Below are positions 28,340 to 45,200 of a stretch of DNA of 57,094 bases, piece after piece. The stretch lies in assembly GCA_050230475.1 (NCBI GenBank), contig JBFLGF010000081.1, positions 1-57,094 on the forward strand, given 5' to 3'. Both the position numbers and the translations under genes were made by a program. Positions within the stretch are counted from its first letter, which is position 1, and each line of letters begins with the position of its first letter. The DNA comes from Ancylonema sp. Lineage: Eukaryota. The notes beneath the pieces were generated by a model. That model did no database searches and was not told the DNA's origin. It saw nothing but the letters and a program-made list of their open reading frames with translations.

Positions 28340-31300
28340 TTATTCCCCCTCTCTAACATTTGACTACATCTTATTCCTAGCCACTGGTCACACAAAAACA
28401 TCCCAATGTCCAACACCTTCACACCTACATCCTTGGTTTGCAAACAGATGCAATCGAGAGAGTCCTCCCAAATTCTAAGTTCATCTCCCCCATATTCATC
28501 CTCTCCCTAATGAAATGGTACCGAATCGCAATATGCTTGCTCCTCTTATGGAACACTGCATCCTTCGCCAACTCGATGTTCGATTGATTTTCCACCAACA
28601 GCAAAGTACCCCTCTTATCTTCATCAATCCATGTATGCTTCTGCAGCATCCTCAAGTTCAGCCCCTCGTGAATGGCATGGTTGATAGCCATGTACTTTGC
28701 CTCCATACTGCTCAATGCCACCACCTCCTGCAACTTGCTCCCCAAGCTGATAGCAGCTCCCCCACTCATTAAAAAAATCCAGACCGCCCCCTCTTGGTCT
28801 CAGCGTCACTCCCGTAGCCAGAATCGATATATTCCCTCGGACTCCAATATCCTTACCTACACTATATCCCAACCCCTCCCTAGCCGTCCCCTTGACATAC
28901 CGAAGCACCTCCTTCGCAGCCTCCCAATGCTCTAGTTGAGGGTTCTGACGGAAACTGCTCAGAGCAAACACATCCATTGCGAGATCGGGACGGGTATACA
29001 TAGAAATATACATTAAGCTCCCCACTATAATTTTGTAGAGGATGTCTACCATTTGTGGGTGCGCCCCATCCCCAGCCTGATTCCCAGCCTCCTTCATCCC
29101 AAATGTGCTCCCCGGCTCGAAAGGTGTCGACACCTCTTTGGTATCCCCCATCCCAAACTTGGTTACCACCTCACAAGCACACTTCTCCCATACAATAGAG
29201 TACTACCTTTTTAGGCATCTATTCTCCACCCCCAAAAGGAACTGCGCACTCCCGAAGTCTTTCACCTTGAAATGCTCTTTCAGTCTCTCCTTGACCTCTG
29301 CGGGCGACTCCTTGCACACAATGAAAAGGTCGTTTACGTACAAGGTCAGAAACACTCTTTGCTCCCCTTCACCCACCACATATATTCCATGCTCTGTAAT
29401 GAAACGAGAGAATCCCATCTCTTGAAGCACCTTATCGATTGTCATATTCCACATCTTGGTACTTTGCTTCAAGCCATTGTCATGCTTGAAGTAATCGTCT
29501 AAGAGTTTGCACGTGTTTACGCGACTTTCACGCGACTTCGCGCGAATGTGCGGGTGTTCTTTTGTTTGTAGCTCAATTGTGCCTAGATAGTGTGTGTTCT
29601 TGTCAAATTGTGTTTGTCTGAATCTCTTTGACGTGATTGTCTAGATGCGTGTGTCAGTGTGTGCCCAAAGCATGTCAAACCCACTCCATAGTTTTGTCGA
29701 CACGTTGATAGAGTTGATAGAGTTGATATAGTTATGTTGTCTTATCGATATGAGCTCCATGCAAATTACGTGTTGCTAGATCCATCGTTGTTTAAAAATA
29801 GAAAGAGATGTTCTCTCCAGTTAGCACAAGAGAGACATTGTCAACTACATCCTAGCCGTCAAAGCCGTCTAGGCCTCCATGATATTTTTAGATGCAGCCG
29901 CAGTCATATCGACATGCGCCGCGCACATTGCGCATCTATAAATCCTATCACATCCTTTCCAACTCGTAGCTTTCGCTTTGAATTGCGCAACTATAAATTC
30001 TTTAGTTGCACCTCGCTACTTATAATTTTGTGCTCGGCAAATATTGTCTCCCCGAGTTTCTTATGAATTCAAGTGTATATTTTGCAGGATGTCATCTCCC
30101 GGCTGTCGATTTGCTTGTTGTGAGTGTGTGTGCGCTCGTCGTGTCGACACCGACATTATCTCTCTCTCTCTCTCTCTTGCTGTGACAACTTGCATGTTAC
30201 TGCGTGTGCGCGTGTTGCACCTCTACTTCCGTATTGAGCATCTAGGACATCTTCTTGTCGACTTGCTTGCAGTCGGTACACAATTTTTGACTACGTCACC
30301 TTGCTACGTGCCGCTGGCGTCAAATCGCGTCGATACGCGAGACTCCGCCATTGTTGTGAATCAAACAACGCCCACTCTCACACACGCCAGATGAGCATAT
30401 CAATGCTTATTGTACTTTCCTACCTACTATTCCCAGCTCATCGACATGCCCAGCCGACTTGCCGATAACCGTGTGTGTGTTACCCGATGTGCCATCCTAC
30501 TCTCTGTTTATGTTCAATGCCACGTCCAAGTGTCCATGAGTACGTCGAGTGCGCTCTAGTGCGCCAATGATCGATAGAGGCACGTCACCATACCTTGCCC
30601 TCTCCTTCAACAGGAGCCACCCCCTTTGGGTTGTCTCCATAGATCTCCTCTTCCAACTTGGCGTACAGGAACACCGTCGCCACATCCATGTGATCCAGCG
30701 AAGCTACCAGCACCACGAGCGCCACTCTTGAATCCAACCTTTGGGGCGAATGTCTCATCGTAGTCGACCCCCTCCATTTCTCTAAAGCCCTTTGCCATTA
30801 CCCTAGCTTTGTACTTATCAAGCTTTTCCTCGGAAAAAGTCGTCACTCGCAACACCCACTTGGTACCGATCACCTTCCTCCCCGCAGGCATGTCTAACTC
30901 CTCAAACACATCGTTCTCCCGCAGACTGTGCAACCCCGACTCCATTGCCTCTCACCACTTTGCATCCTTCTCCCCTCCCAAGGTCACTGTCATAGATGGG
31001 GGACTCATAACATCAACAGCCACCTCAAAGACCTCGTCATACCGCACCGGTGGCACACCTCTGGTCCCCATTTGACTCATGCGCTGCAGCATAGGAGGGG
31101 GAGATTGGTCATCCTCATCTTCATCGTCTGAGTACAACGGAATAGGCATGTCTACATACCCATCATCATCATCACCCACGGGTAGGGGAGGGGGTAAGGG
31201 TCCACCTAGAACAGCTGGAGGTCCATGCCTAGGAGCGGTTGGCCCATCTCCACCGGTTGGGGGTTCCCTGTCCCCATCCATGTCCGGGAATGCAACCCGT

Positions 31301-31730
31301 TCAGTATCTCCTAACGTCCCCCCACGCCTCCTTAGCCACGAGCCTTTCTTAACCCCTTCATCATAGTCAGCGCTCCCCACATTGAGCTCCTTCCTAGGGT
31401 TCCACACCCTCACCGAGGGGCTCTCCAGAGTATACCCCACAAGGACACCCTCTTACCGCATAGCACCCAGCTTGCCACCTCTATCTTTCTTGTCCATCGG
31501 ACAGAACACCTTGCAGCCGAACGACACGAGGTAAGCCATTGTGTGCTACTTCCCACTCCACAACTCTTGGGGTGTGACACTCATCCCCCCGACTCGCCCA
31601 CAGTTGCGAAGGTATCTAGAAACGAGGAACACCTCTCCAAGCTGGCTCCTCGCAACCCAAAGTGCCGCATCATTAACCTCGCCTTGTCTTGCAAAGTGCG
31701 GTTCATCCCCTCCGCCACCCCGTTACTCTC
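28340..31730 (-). mobile_element. Decayed Ty1/copia retrotransposon (integrase C-terminus, RT, RNase H) interrupted by a ~1.1-kb insertion
   Basis: TPQELWSGK...FGCKVF...GYTLES; IGTKWVLRV...KYKARVMAKGF..EGVDYDETFAP; HMDVATVFL; GLKQSTKMWN; LTLYVNDL; IVGSLMYI..TRPDL; HWEAAKEVLRYVKGT; SKLQEVVALSSMEAKY; FHKRSKHIAIRYHFIRE; polypurine tract agagagggggaa near 28344-28355. Many frameshifts. Confidence 0.92.
29479..30574. mobile_element. Non-coding insertion nested in the copia RT (solo-LTR-like or other element)
   Basis: The RT motif CLY|GLKQ is split: on the plus strand caagccat precedes and atagaggcac follows. The insert begins TGTCA. Confidence 0.55.
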
Positions 31731-32414
31731 AGTACGAAGTACACACTTGCTTCGCACCCTCAGACTTCATTTCAGTCTTTAGGCTATTGGTGGTAACATT
31801 TTTTGTCCAAAAATTTCCAAGCTTCTCTGCACAATTAAGAATTAGTGCAAGTGGTACTAGCGCAAGTTGTTTCACGATATAGCGGATTTGCGATTGTCAT
31901 AGGGAATTACGGGGTTCCCGACAGATCCGTAGGTGGCGGTGCATGATGTCGCTAGCGCACATTTGTCAGTGTTGTACAGTTGATGTACTTCATGGATAAT
32001 AGTCATGATTGTGTGAGGTAGCAATACGTAGTTTCATTTGTCATAAGCGTGCGAAATACTTAGACGAGAAGTACCCGTGCGCGCACTAGACAACAAGTTA
32101 CTGTTCCTGTTGTTGGCCGTGGCTGCAACTCAGAACCTTACATGACCCCTTTGTAACACTCTGACCCTTATTGTTTCAAAGTGTGCCCCCAGAAGTGTAG
32201 AGAGCTTTCTTTGCATTCACTATGCATTGTTAATGTCTTGTCTGCATGTCATGTCTGCTGGTACATGCATTATATATCCGTTAAGTTACTATTTGGGTGA
32301 TTTGTCGATCGATAGAGCTTACGGTAGGGTCCTGAGTATCCACACATATTACAGTTTTGAAAACTCACGTTTATAACTCAAGCAATATCTTGCATGGATA
32401 AACATTTTCAGATT

Positions 32415-32670
32415 CATTTTGCACTTAGTGTAGGAGATGTGTTCAAGTTGTGCGCTTGCACTCGATGGTGCAGATGATGGGGAGATATGCATTTCGTTAG
32501 ATACATGGGCACGTAGAGAGCATTAGTCCACACGTGCAAGTTTGCATGTGAGAGGTGGCGTTCGTCATTAGATTTTTTCACATGTGTGGGGAGGCACGTG
32601 TCGATATGTTCGTTAGCGCAGTGGCATTACACGTGTGGGAGTAGATGATGCTAGATGGCCCGACATCATT
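32415..32670. repeat. Dispersed repeat, homologous to 42705-42965
   Basis: Collinear shared blocks gtagagagcatYagtcca, cacgtgKcgatRtgttYgt, gtggcattRcac..gtggga, gaYgctagatRgc. Confidence 0.7.
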
Positions 32671-33220
32671 CGAATGATGGTTTTTCTCTAATTGAACATC
32701 TAAGAGAAGGTAATGAGCAGTTGTACCTATGCCACGTGAGATTTTTCTATGTTATTCGAGCACAAAGTGTACATTGGCATCGAGACCAAGCAAGACATGA
32801 AGCCGTTGCCTCGTACGCGTATGGTTGGAAGTATTCAAGTAAAGTCCAGCACACTCTCATACAAGGCTGTCGGAGTGGTGAATTGCATGTCACGTAGCTT
32901 GCTCTCTAGCAAATGAGGGCCCGTGGCATCCAAACCAGCATTTATCAATGACACTAAGCGCTGAGCATAAAAGATTACCCCAACTTGTTCCTGAAATTCC
33001 GACTCATGTCACGCAATTGTGCATGTCCTGGATGAGCATCTGTCATGCTAGTTGCTGGAATGCTCTTTCACAAACGAACCTAATCTCTTGACGACCTCTT
33101 GAATCTTTGCGACCTGAAACGTCCACTTTCCACATCCACTTTCCCGAGCCTCGCACCACCGTACGTCACGAGTGCTCGCCATGCCAATCGAACCATGTCA
33201 ACCCCAGCAAATATGCCACT

Positions 33221-36200
33221 TCAAACTCCAAGAATTGTTTGCAACTGCTCAGGTGCGTAACGCAACATCGAGCGCGGTTGCACGTATTGATTTGCAGGGT
33301 CGATAACCGCGTTGTACACTTGTTCGTATGCATCCACCAGAGCCCGGTTCATACGTCCGCTGGCATCCCCTCGCAACCGCGGCGCTAGCACCAACTCCAG
33401 CTGGGGTGACAAACCCCCCTTCTTTGATAACAACGCCAAAAAGGCCCTCAAACTCTCCGCCACTGAAGGCGCATCCAGCCCAGCTGTTTCTGAGAGCGGA
33501 ACTTTCTTCACCTCCTCCTCCCTCTCCTCCTCCTCCTCTTTGGTCTCCATCCCCTCATTGTCCACCCCCCCTTTCTCCCCGTTACCGGATTTACCCCTCT
33601 CAATTGATAACCGGTTTATGACCACCAACTTGGCCCGTAGCCCACATTGGTCGAGGAGAGACCCGACCTCTCTAGCCACAAATCCGGTTATGTATGTTTC
33701 CAGCGCCTCCCCCAGCTTGTTAACCGTGGGAGCAGCAGCTGGGCGGTCCTGCAGAGCTTGCTGAATGGCTGCCAGGCAGTTGATCATAAAGATGCTGCGC
33801 GGACTCTGCCCCGTCTGTAAACAAACACGAGTCATAAAGTTCTATCGCATATGCCTTTGATCGTACGAACGTGGTTGAGAATTCACAGATTGTGTGTGGG
33901 TGTGCAGTTCATACATACATGCATACATGCATACATGTGATATTCATCAGAGCAGGCTAGAAAACAGAAAAAAGAAATGTCAGTCACACGCACCAAAGGG
34001 TTGGCTTGACCCACCCCCTCCCCTCCCCATCCATTTGCTCCCCTTGCTGCCACCTCCCCCCCCGCCATCCCCCCCAGCCTCCTTCCATCCGCTCCCCCAC
34101 CTCCTCCCCTTTGACCCACCCCGCCAGCATTTTCTTTTGTTCCATAGGCCTCTGCCGCCCTCTCGCACATCTGCCAGCCCCTCCCCAGAGAACTCAGAAT
34201 TCACTCGATTCCTCCGCCCTCCGCCTGTAGCCTGCAGGCCTGTGTGGTGTGGGGGGCACCTGTAGCAGGGGCTGCAGCAGGGCGTCCATGAAGGGCTCGA
34301 ACCCAGGCTTGCTCATCCCCTCCGCCACCATAATGCTCTCGTGGCTGCTCAGCAGCTCCAGCATCACTGCCACCCCCTCCGCAACACCTGGCAAGCAGAG
34401 AGGGCGCCACCTGTCAGCCCCACCGACACAACACTGGAGCACCTTGTAGCGACTCACTGGCAGGGGGGGAGAGGTCTGCGGCGAGGGGGGGGGGGTATCT
34501 GAGGAGCTTGTCCCCCCTCTGCTTCAGCCCATCCAAGCAGCTCCTCCTCGCCGCGTCTTCCACGTCCGTCAGAGTCGCCGACAGGGCAGCCTCTCTGCCC
34601 AGGAGCTCAGATATCTGCGCAGCACAGCAGACTCATGCGCTATGAGCATACAGCTTCAGTACCTTCAGTACTTTTGTAGGGGCTGCATCTGGTTTCCAAG
34701 GCCCAGGAGATTTGAGCAGAATGAGGGGTGGGGTGTCTCACTGTGTGAGAGTAGAAGGCCAGCAGGTTGGCCAGCTTGTAAGCCAGCAGCGCCCCCGGCT
34801 GCCCCAGCAGCACCTGCTCCACCCGCACTTTGAAGGGGCGGCACACACCCTCAAACACGCGGTCCAGCACGGCCCCCATCTCGGAAGAGGGGGAGGGGGA
34901 GGAGGAGGAGGGGGAGGGGGGAGCATCCATGGAGAAGCGGCGCGATGTGTTGCCGCTGTCAAGGCCACCCTCGTTGTCGTGAGTGGAGAGGAGAGCCATG
35001 GCAAGCTCTCGCTCTGACGCAAGGGCCTGGAGGGGGAGGGGGAGGGGGAGGTGAATGAGGCTGTGGTCGGAGAAGAACGCAGATGGGGTGTCTGACCTGG
35101 TGCAGCCATGCCAGCATGTCCCCCACGTAGCGCAGAGGGTCGTGGGCGTGCACTTCCATGGGGCGAGGCATGCCACCTGGCCCGCCACGTGTCAGCGCAG
35201 CAATGAATCGCCGGAACAGCGCATTGTGTCTAGTATTTGCCACCTGACCCCAACCCCCCGCCCCGCCCAGGACCCCACTCAGTGTCCCATCCCCCATCCC
35301 GTACCAACCAGTCATCCCGAATCCGGCTCCCAGCCCCCTCCCCACCTCCTCTGCGCAATACTAGAACAGCACGGGGCGCTCCTTGAGAGAGCGCGCGGCT
35401 GTCTTCAGCAGAGGACTCACTTCCGGGGTGTCGCTATCCCCCAGCCTGCGACATTCCGCCTGCACCCACCTTCACCCGCCCCCCCACCGACATTTGATCA
35501 AACAACCTGGCACTGATAAACCTCGGGCACTCACTGACCTGCAGAGGCGCTCATAGGCTCCCTCCTGGTAGACGGCCATCACGTCCATCAACTCCAGCCC
35601 CGCACGCTGCACATGGGACCAGGGGTAAGTGAAGGAGGCAGGAGGGTTAACGGGGTTAAGGTGCAATTTGTGCAGACACCCACACCGGGTTGAGAGAGGT
35701 GGGACGACAGGTGTCACCCCCCCACCAGGTGATGCGTGCGGAGCAGCACTTTGCAGTTGGCGTGGATTTGCTGAACCCGAGCGAGGGCGCTGAAGAACTG
35801 GTCGTCCAGCTCCTCATCCCTCAGGGCGGAGATTTCGTGAGGGGCCAGCTGGCATCCGATGAGAGGAAGAATCAAAGTCAATCAAACTGAACCCCAAGGT
35901 TGGGTGGGGTGGGGTGGGTAGAGGCAGTCGAGGCCACAATGTCAGTGGGTGCCTTAGGTGGACCGCAGATCTCATTGGTCATTGCATGCCGATTGTAATA
36001 AACCGTTGGAGCATGAGTGTATCTATCTATACACACCGAATGGAAAACCATGATTCAAGTTATTCCCAGTTCCTCACCTGGTAGGAGTGCAGGAAGGAGT
36101 GCACCACCTGCTGCCTCCTCTGCGTCTGCTCCAGCTCTGCCTTCAGTCGTTCAGTTTGGGACACCATGGCGCCTGTGGCCGACACGGAACCCTCCAGGGC

Positions 36201-37061
36201 CGCCGCAATTCTGCCACCTCCGCAATGCCAGGTCATCAGCCACGTGGCATGACCTCATGGGGGGTGGGATGAGGACAGAAGGATCACCTGTCGCAGCATT
36301 CTGCCAGTCCCTGGACTTGTGCCTCTACCGAGTCAAGGGCCTGCAGTGGGAACAGAAACTGGTCAGCATGTCCACCAACGGACCCGCCAACCAACCAAAA
36401 GAAATCCGACGCAGTGCTTTTGTCATCAGTCCTTGGTAGAGAGAGATAAATGAATGAAGTGCTCTTATGATATGTGTGGCACAGAAGTGACACCTCATTC
36501 ATGATGTGTCGTCAGTGTGATGTGCTGTACCCTTCCTACGAGTGCCAGCTGTGGCAATGCGTATATACTGCGCAGCTCACGCAATGCAAACCTTATCATT
36601 TATTGGCAATGTTTAGCCATGGCCTCAATGAATAAGTCATCAGGACTGGGACCGAGAATGTTAAAGTTTCGGAATCACGTAGAACCACATCTCATTTGGT
36701 CTACAGGACTTACTGCAAGGCGCAGGCCACTCTTTTGGTGAGAGTTCGGGTGAAGCGAAGTGAAAGGAGTTAGTGATAGAGGGCGATCAAGGTCAGGGTT
36801 CGGGAGGGGACTTGTTCTGGAAGGTTGTACATTACTGAAAATCACCTGTTGAGCTTCTTCGGAAGCGGCAAGAAAGTCGTCGTTAATTTCGAGGCCGCGC
36901 CTCTCGATGGTCGACTTCAGATTTCTTCGGGCCTGCTGTGAGTTGCTTGTGTAGAATGTGGAAAGGGTACTCAAGGAGACCAGCAGCTCAGGGGAGTCGG
37001 TACGTGTCTCGAGCACCTTCTTGAGTTTTCGAGACAGGAGGGGCGCAAGCGTGGTACTCAT
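33221..37061 (-). CDS. COG6: Conserved oligomeric Golgi complex subunit 6
   Basis: [173 protein letters not shown]. Multiple GT-AG introns. Confidence 0.95.
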
Positions 37062-37434
37062 TGTCTCTTTCTTGTTAAAGACCCTTGGCTCACCGAGGGG
37101 CTCTCACAATTTATTTATGGTCATCGAAAGCTGTAATATTGCTATAGCATGTAGAGTATTGTGATCTGACTTTACTGAATCAGGTCATTGACTTTGCGGA
37201 CGTCAAGGGTTACATTCTCGGCCCGCCCGTCCATAGGCTGTTGGTCGAAACTGCCCCGTTGTGCCAGCACGCAGATCTTCGGTCACCCTGACAGTCACAT
37301 TTAACGCGCGGTCTTCACAGACATAAATGCCTGCACACTCGTCTTTCGGTGAGGCCCTTTTCCGGGGTGTTGTAGCGAAGTCCGCGCAGTGCAGAAAGGG
37401 ACAAAATGCTGTGGCTGACCCAGATATGTCAATT

Positions 37435-37489
37435 TTGTCGGATTTTAATCACGGTTAAATTGTACGGGTTAGAAGTAGTTAATTTCCTC
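37435..37489. promoter_or_regulatory. Motif shared with 11377-11421, in the COG6/PRMT10 divergent intergenic region
   Basis: The exact 23-mer aatcacggttaaattgtacgggt occurs at both sites, with flanking ttgtcgg and aatttcctc also shared. Regulatory function is inferred only. Confidence 0.45.
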
Positions 37490-38132
37490 GGGTGGGTGAC
37501 CTGCTTCACGTACGGGTCCGGATAATGTCCCCCGTTTCGCCGACACAAAATCTCGACGTGGTGGTCCAAGAATGTGGGAGACCTCGGGGTTCTGCCGCGC
37601 CGACTATAACAGATTCCGTTGGGCGCATTATTCGGCATATTACCGTATGTCAGAGGCTGCAGACCCCAGGCCGCCGTACAGAATCTGCGCAGGTGTGTTG
37701 TTTCAGTCATTGCATTACCAAAGCCGCTGATAGTGATTAGTACTCGGATCACATCTTCGACTGCTTGTGTAAACGCTAGCACCTGGAAACGTTCTTTCAC
37801 AAACCTGCGTATTCATGTGGTGGCAACCCGCAAGTAGAAACTGACGTCACCTTCCATCAATATCTTTGCTGCGAACCAAGGGGACTGTTGCTTAATCTTA
37901 CACTAAGACTTGAAAACGAATTTTACATCAGGTTGTGTCTGGATTATTTGTCGTGGATAGATGCCACCCACCCAAAGTCTGTCACGGTCAGGCAAGAGAG
38001 ATTCGGCACGGACAACCTCTGCAAAGTTCAATTTCTGACAAACTTTACAGAAGCTACACAACTTCTTCAGGCAGCTTGAACTCTTTTGAGTGCGATAAAA
38101 GCGACAGAAATCTAGACCCCGTCACTGGTATA

Positions 38133-41225
<3,093 letters not shown>

Positions 41226-42239
41226 CCGGAACCAGTTTGGAGCCAAGCATTCCTGTGTGAGGAAGTGAAGGAGGTGGCAGATCGGAGTGAAGCTCTCCAG
41301 CATGCCCTTCCCTGAGATGAGTAGAGATGAGTAGGGATAGAGGTTTAAGGCTAGAAATTGAGGCAACCCGAGCTCTACAGACCAATGCAAGCGATCCACC
41401 GTAGAGTAATTGAAGTGTGTTGATAATGATATGGGCTTAGTTGCAGCCGCTCTTAATTCCGAAGGGCCAATCGATGGTCATGGTCAACTTTTGCAATAGC
41501 ATAGCGGTTCTCACTCCTAGCATGCTGCTCTAGCGAACTATTTTTTGGCCTCCGAAATCTAAAATCGGAAAGTGAAACGAGTGGGGGCTGAATGGAAAGA
41601 AAAATCGAAGTTGAGGAATCTTTTGTCGCCACAATTCATCGCAACGTAATTTTGCGATGCACTCGCTCTTGAATCCCACATCAAATCAGCGACCAAGATG
41701 AAATGTATTTGTTTTCTTTTATTTTCTCCTATTTCTCTATTTGTTTCGTGGAGCAAAGAATTGCATAACTTAAAATGTTGGGGTTGTCGTTGTGGAATGA
41801 GCTAATTGTAATGTGGCGGGTGAAAAGAAACAAGAATTTGACGAATATGAGCGTCAATACGCTGGTAGATGATACCTCAAAAGGCATCTTTTTGCATGGA
41901 CTCTCTTTCAGGAAAAATTCCTTGGACATTGAAAGGACTCTGTTGGCCAACTTTCACTCTCTGGTGGCTAAATGGCTACACGTGGTGATGCGCGATATAA
42001 CGCGATTCGAAATTTGCTAATCGACAACTCACCGCAAGTCATTATCTTGATTAACCGATTGAAGTTAAAAAATATATTAGTCAATCCATATATAGATCGT
42101 GTACCTAAATAATAGTTGTGTTGCTGGTTGCAAGCAAGAGCCGGCATGATTAGTGCTAGATTAGTGCACGCAATATGGTGTGCATTCGTTTTTTGTAGCG
42201 AGTGCAACACAAAGCCTCGAGATGGAACGCAAAGTCTTA

Positions 42240-45200
42240 CAATGGAACGCTAACATTCTCTCGCAAGGTAATGCAATTCCCCTTGAGGGAATCTGCGAGT
42301 ATTGACATGTAGGTATAACTACGTTTAGTGCACACATGTTTGAATACTTGGCCAGAATGTGTTTGTTCGTCTCTACACAGCGAAATCGTGTTGATGACGG
42401 CCCTTAGCCCTAGCTTCAGCACAATGCCTTTGTGTTCCCCTAACACTCTGAATATATCGTTTTAGAGTGTGCCCCAATGATATTAAACGCAAAACTTGCA
42501 TTATCTGCGCATCGTTATCGCGTTATCTGCATTCTGTATGGTAATTGTATTTATAAATTAATAATAATTGTATTGAATCGCTGATCGTTGCTTTTGACAA
42601 TCTGTTGAGTAATTTAGCAAAATAGAAGTTGACACACACTAATAACTCTGGGCACTCCTCCCGAGATTAGGCATCACCCTGCTTTGGGCATCATTGAGTC
42701 CAAATCTGTTTGCATATGATTTGGAAGATTAGCACAAGATGTGCTCTACTATGTGGTGGTGTAAACCATGAAGGGAGATGCGTTAGGCACATAATATGGG
42801 TGTGTATGATGTGTAGAGAGCATCAGTCCATGCGTGTGGGCAAAAGTGAATTAATATGATTTGTTGGGAATGCTTGCACATGTGATAATACACGTGGCGA
42901 TGTGTTTGTCGGTGCGGTGGCATTGCACAAGTGGGAAAAAAAAGACGCTAGATAGCACAACATATCACCTCACGCAGGGAAGCGAGTTGTGAATTCTAAG
43001 TAATGTATTGCCATGGGGAGACCTGCATTGTCACTCATTTAAGTTACCCCTCAAGAACGACATAAAACATGATTGGCAAACCTTCCCTCTAACAAATGTG
43101 CGGTCATAATTTATTATCAAAGCATTCGCTGAGGGGCGGTAACTGAAAGAACCAAGAAGAGGGTTGTATTTTTTGTTTTAGTGGAAAATTTCAAATCGGC
43201 TACTTTCTTCATCACCTGTGTGTGAAGTCTCGAAGCGTATGCACACTTTTTTAGGTAAGGGTTAGTCACAAAAACTCCAACAAGGCATTCATATGATTGT
43301 CAAGTTCACCCGCGGTCAAGCAAAAGGGGTACTCATGTTTTCATTCAGGCCGCTCATATACGCACACAAACTATTATAAACAATGCGAGAGATCAATTAC
43401 GTCGTCACTTGACACGATACGCATAAATACACGTAACGAAGATTTTTCACTCTAACTTTTTAAAAATACGTGCTTGAGTTCGACAATCTTGAGCTGTGCA
43501 CACCCCGAATTTTTTTTGTATGTGTTATTTTGTAACTTTCGAGCCCGATTCTTTCGTCACGTTGATGAATCGATGTCAATGAAATGTCACAAATCAATAC
43601 TCAAGTCAAACCGATGTACACTACTTAGCTTGCCAGTCACAATTGTATCAAATTATAAACCTCTAGCTCATCGACGTGAAACTGAAAATAAAACCAACTT
43701 TTACAGTGAATTATCATTTGTATACAAAGCTAGTCGTGAGGAGTTATGCTCATGAATAATGTGCCTACAACAAGAAAAACCGGTGACGTGCTCATACCAA
43801 CCGTCCAATGTATGAGGACATTGAGTATCGGTACATGTGGAGTTGACAAAATTTCAAAGGGTTATCGACACGGTGTGGGATTGTGTCGAAAAAATTAGGC
43901 ACAAGTGTCAACGAGAAATCATAGATATCAAGCAATCAAATATATATATTCATAGGTAGCGAAAAAAATGGATGTAAATTTTCATGAATTTGTGTTCTAA
44001 TGTGCTCGCGTATCACAATTGGACAACTTGTAGTCACAACGCACACGAGCACAAGTGGCGGTGTCAACAACATCAACCCTCCGAGCGAGTCGACGGGCAC
44101 ATTTGGCTACTGCTAGATTGCTCGGAGCCAAGAGTAGACACAAAGTCCGTCTTCATTGTGTAACTCTTGCAGAATCTAAATCAGAAGTCTTTCACTTTAC
44201 GACGTCTTTCACTTTAGGGTTCTGACATATAGATAGTGATTTTTTTGAATGAATACCGAAAACTATGGGGCCAACTTGTGTGACATGTATGTCATTTATC
44301 GAAAAAAGGGCTATGAACGCTACGGTGCCGATTCACGATGGAATCACAACACTGAACAACAACAGTAGTCGACGGTCAGAGAATGAGCGTTGCAAGGGTT
44401 CCATATGAGCACCCTCATGATGTAATACTTGGAAATAAAAAGCATGAATTAGAGCTGATAATGATAATAGAAGAGAAAACATCAGCATAGAAAAATCTCT
44501 CTTGATTGCGTCGACAATAAAGGCGTCGACCAATCGATCGATACAAAATATGTTTATCAACCAGGCTTTGGTTTTTATATACATGTCTCTTAACGACTCT
44601 TTACACTTTTCTATCGACAATTATGCTCATTTGCTATGGAAATGGATAAATAATTACGTGAATCTATAAAATTTACGCATGCTCACTATTTCAAATCACA
44701 CATGCCACATGGCAAAGGGGAAGGTGAAATATATCGCGTGGAAACCAACATGTAATAATTTCTCGAGTCTTTATAGCTATACCATATTTTTGTGAGATTT
44801 TATTGATTGGAAACGAGGGTATGAAAGTAACAGTTGAGTTGGATTGTACCATTTGTCGTTCGTTTAAAAAGAACCAATGTTGACAATCTGTTTGGTTTAT
44901 ATTCCGTGATCCAAGCATCGACGATGTAGACATCGAATAAGCTGGCCGATTTAGTATGTGTGGTCGATGTGTTGGGGACATTAGGAGCAATTTATCCAGT
45001 TTTAAAAATAGAAATATTTGGACTAGTATTGCCAAATTGTCACAACTATTTGAATTGACATAATGAAGCGAAAAATGCTGAGGAAGAACACTGATGGAAG
45101 AACACTTGAGGTCTAAACCTCTGCCACAACTTTCATAAAAATTACCTCCTCGGTGCAAGTGTACGACATATTTTGGCATTTGTATGGACAGATACTGGAT
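42240..45200. mobile_element. AT-rich region with possible heavily decayed Helitron (Rep/PIF1 helicase) relics
   Basis: Frameshifted look-alikes of Helitron motifs: EF..LPHV.IL near 43820-43856 (-), TNK.SGQVFKHV near 42335-42372 (-), LP.GRPA..HSFKLPL near 43008-43052 (+), FIVDA near 44515 (-). Each match is weak. Confidence 0.3.
42705..42965. repeat. Dispersed repeat, homologous to 32415-32670
   Basis: Same collinear blocks in the same orientation. Confidence 0.7.

Noticed and set aside
32930..33200. Faint gypsy integrase-like wording on the minus strand
   Set aside because: Similarity too weak to support.
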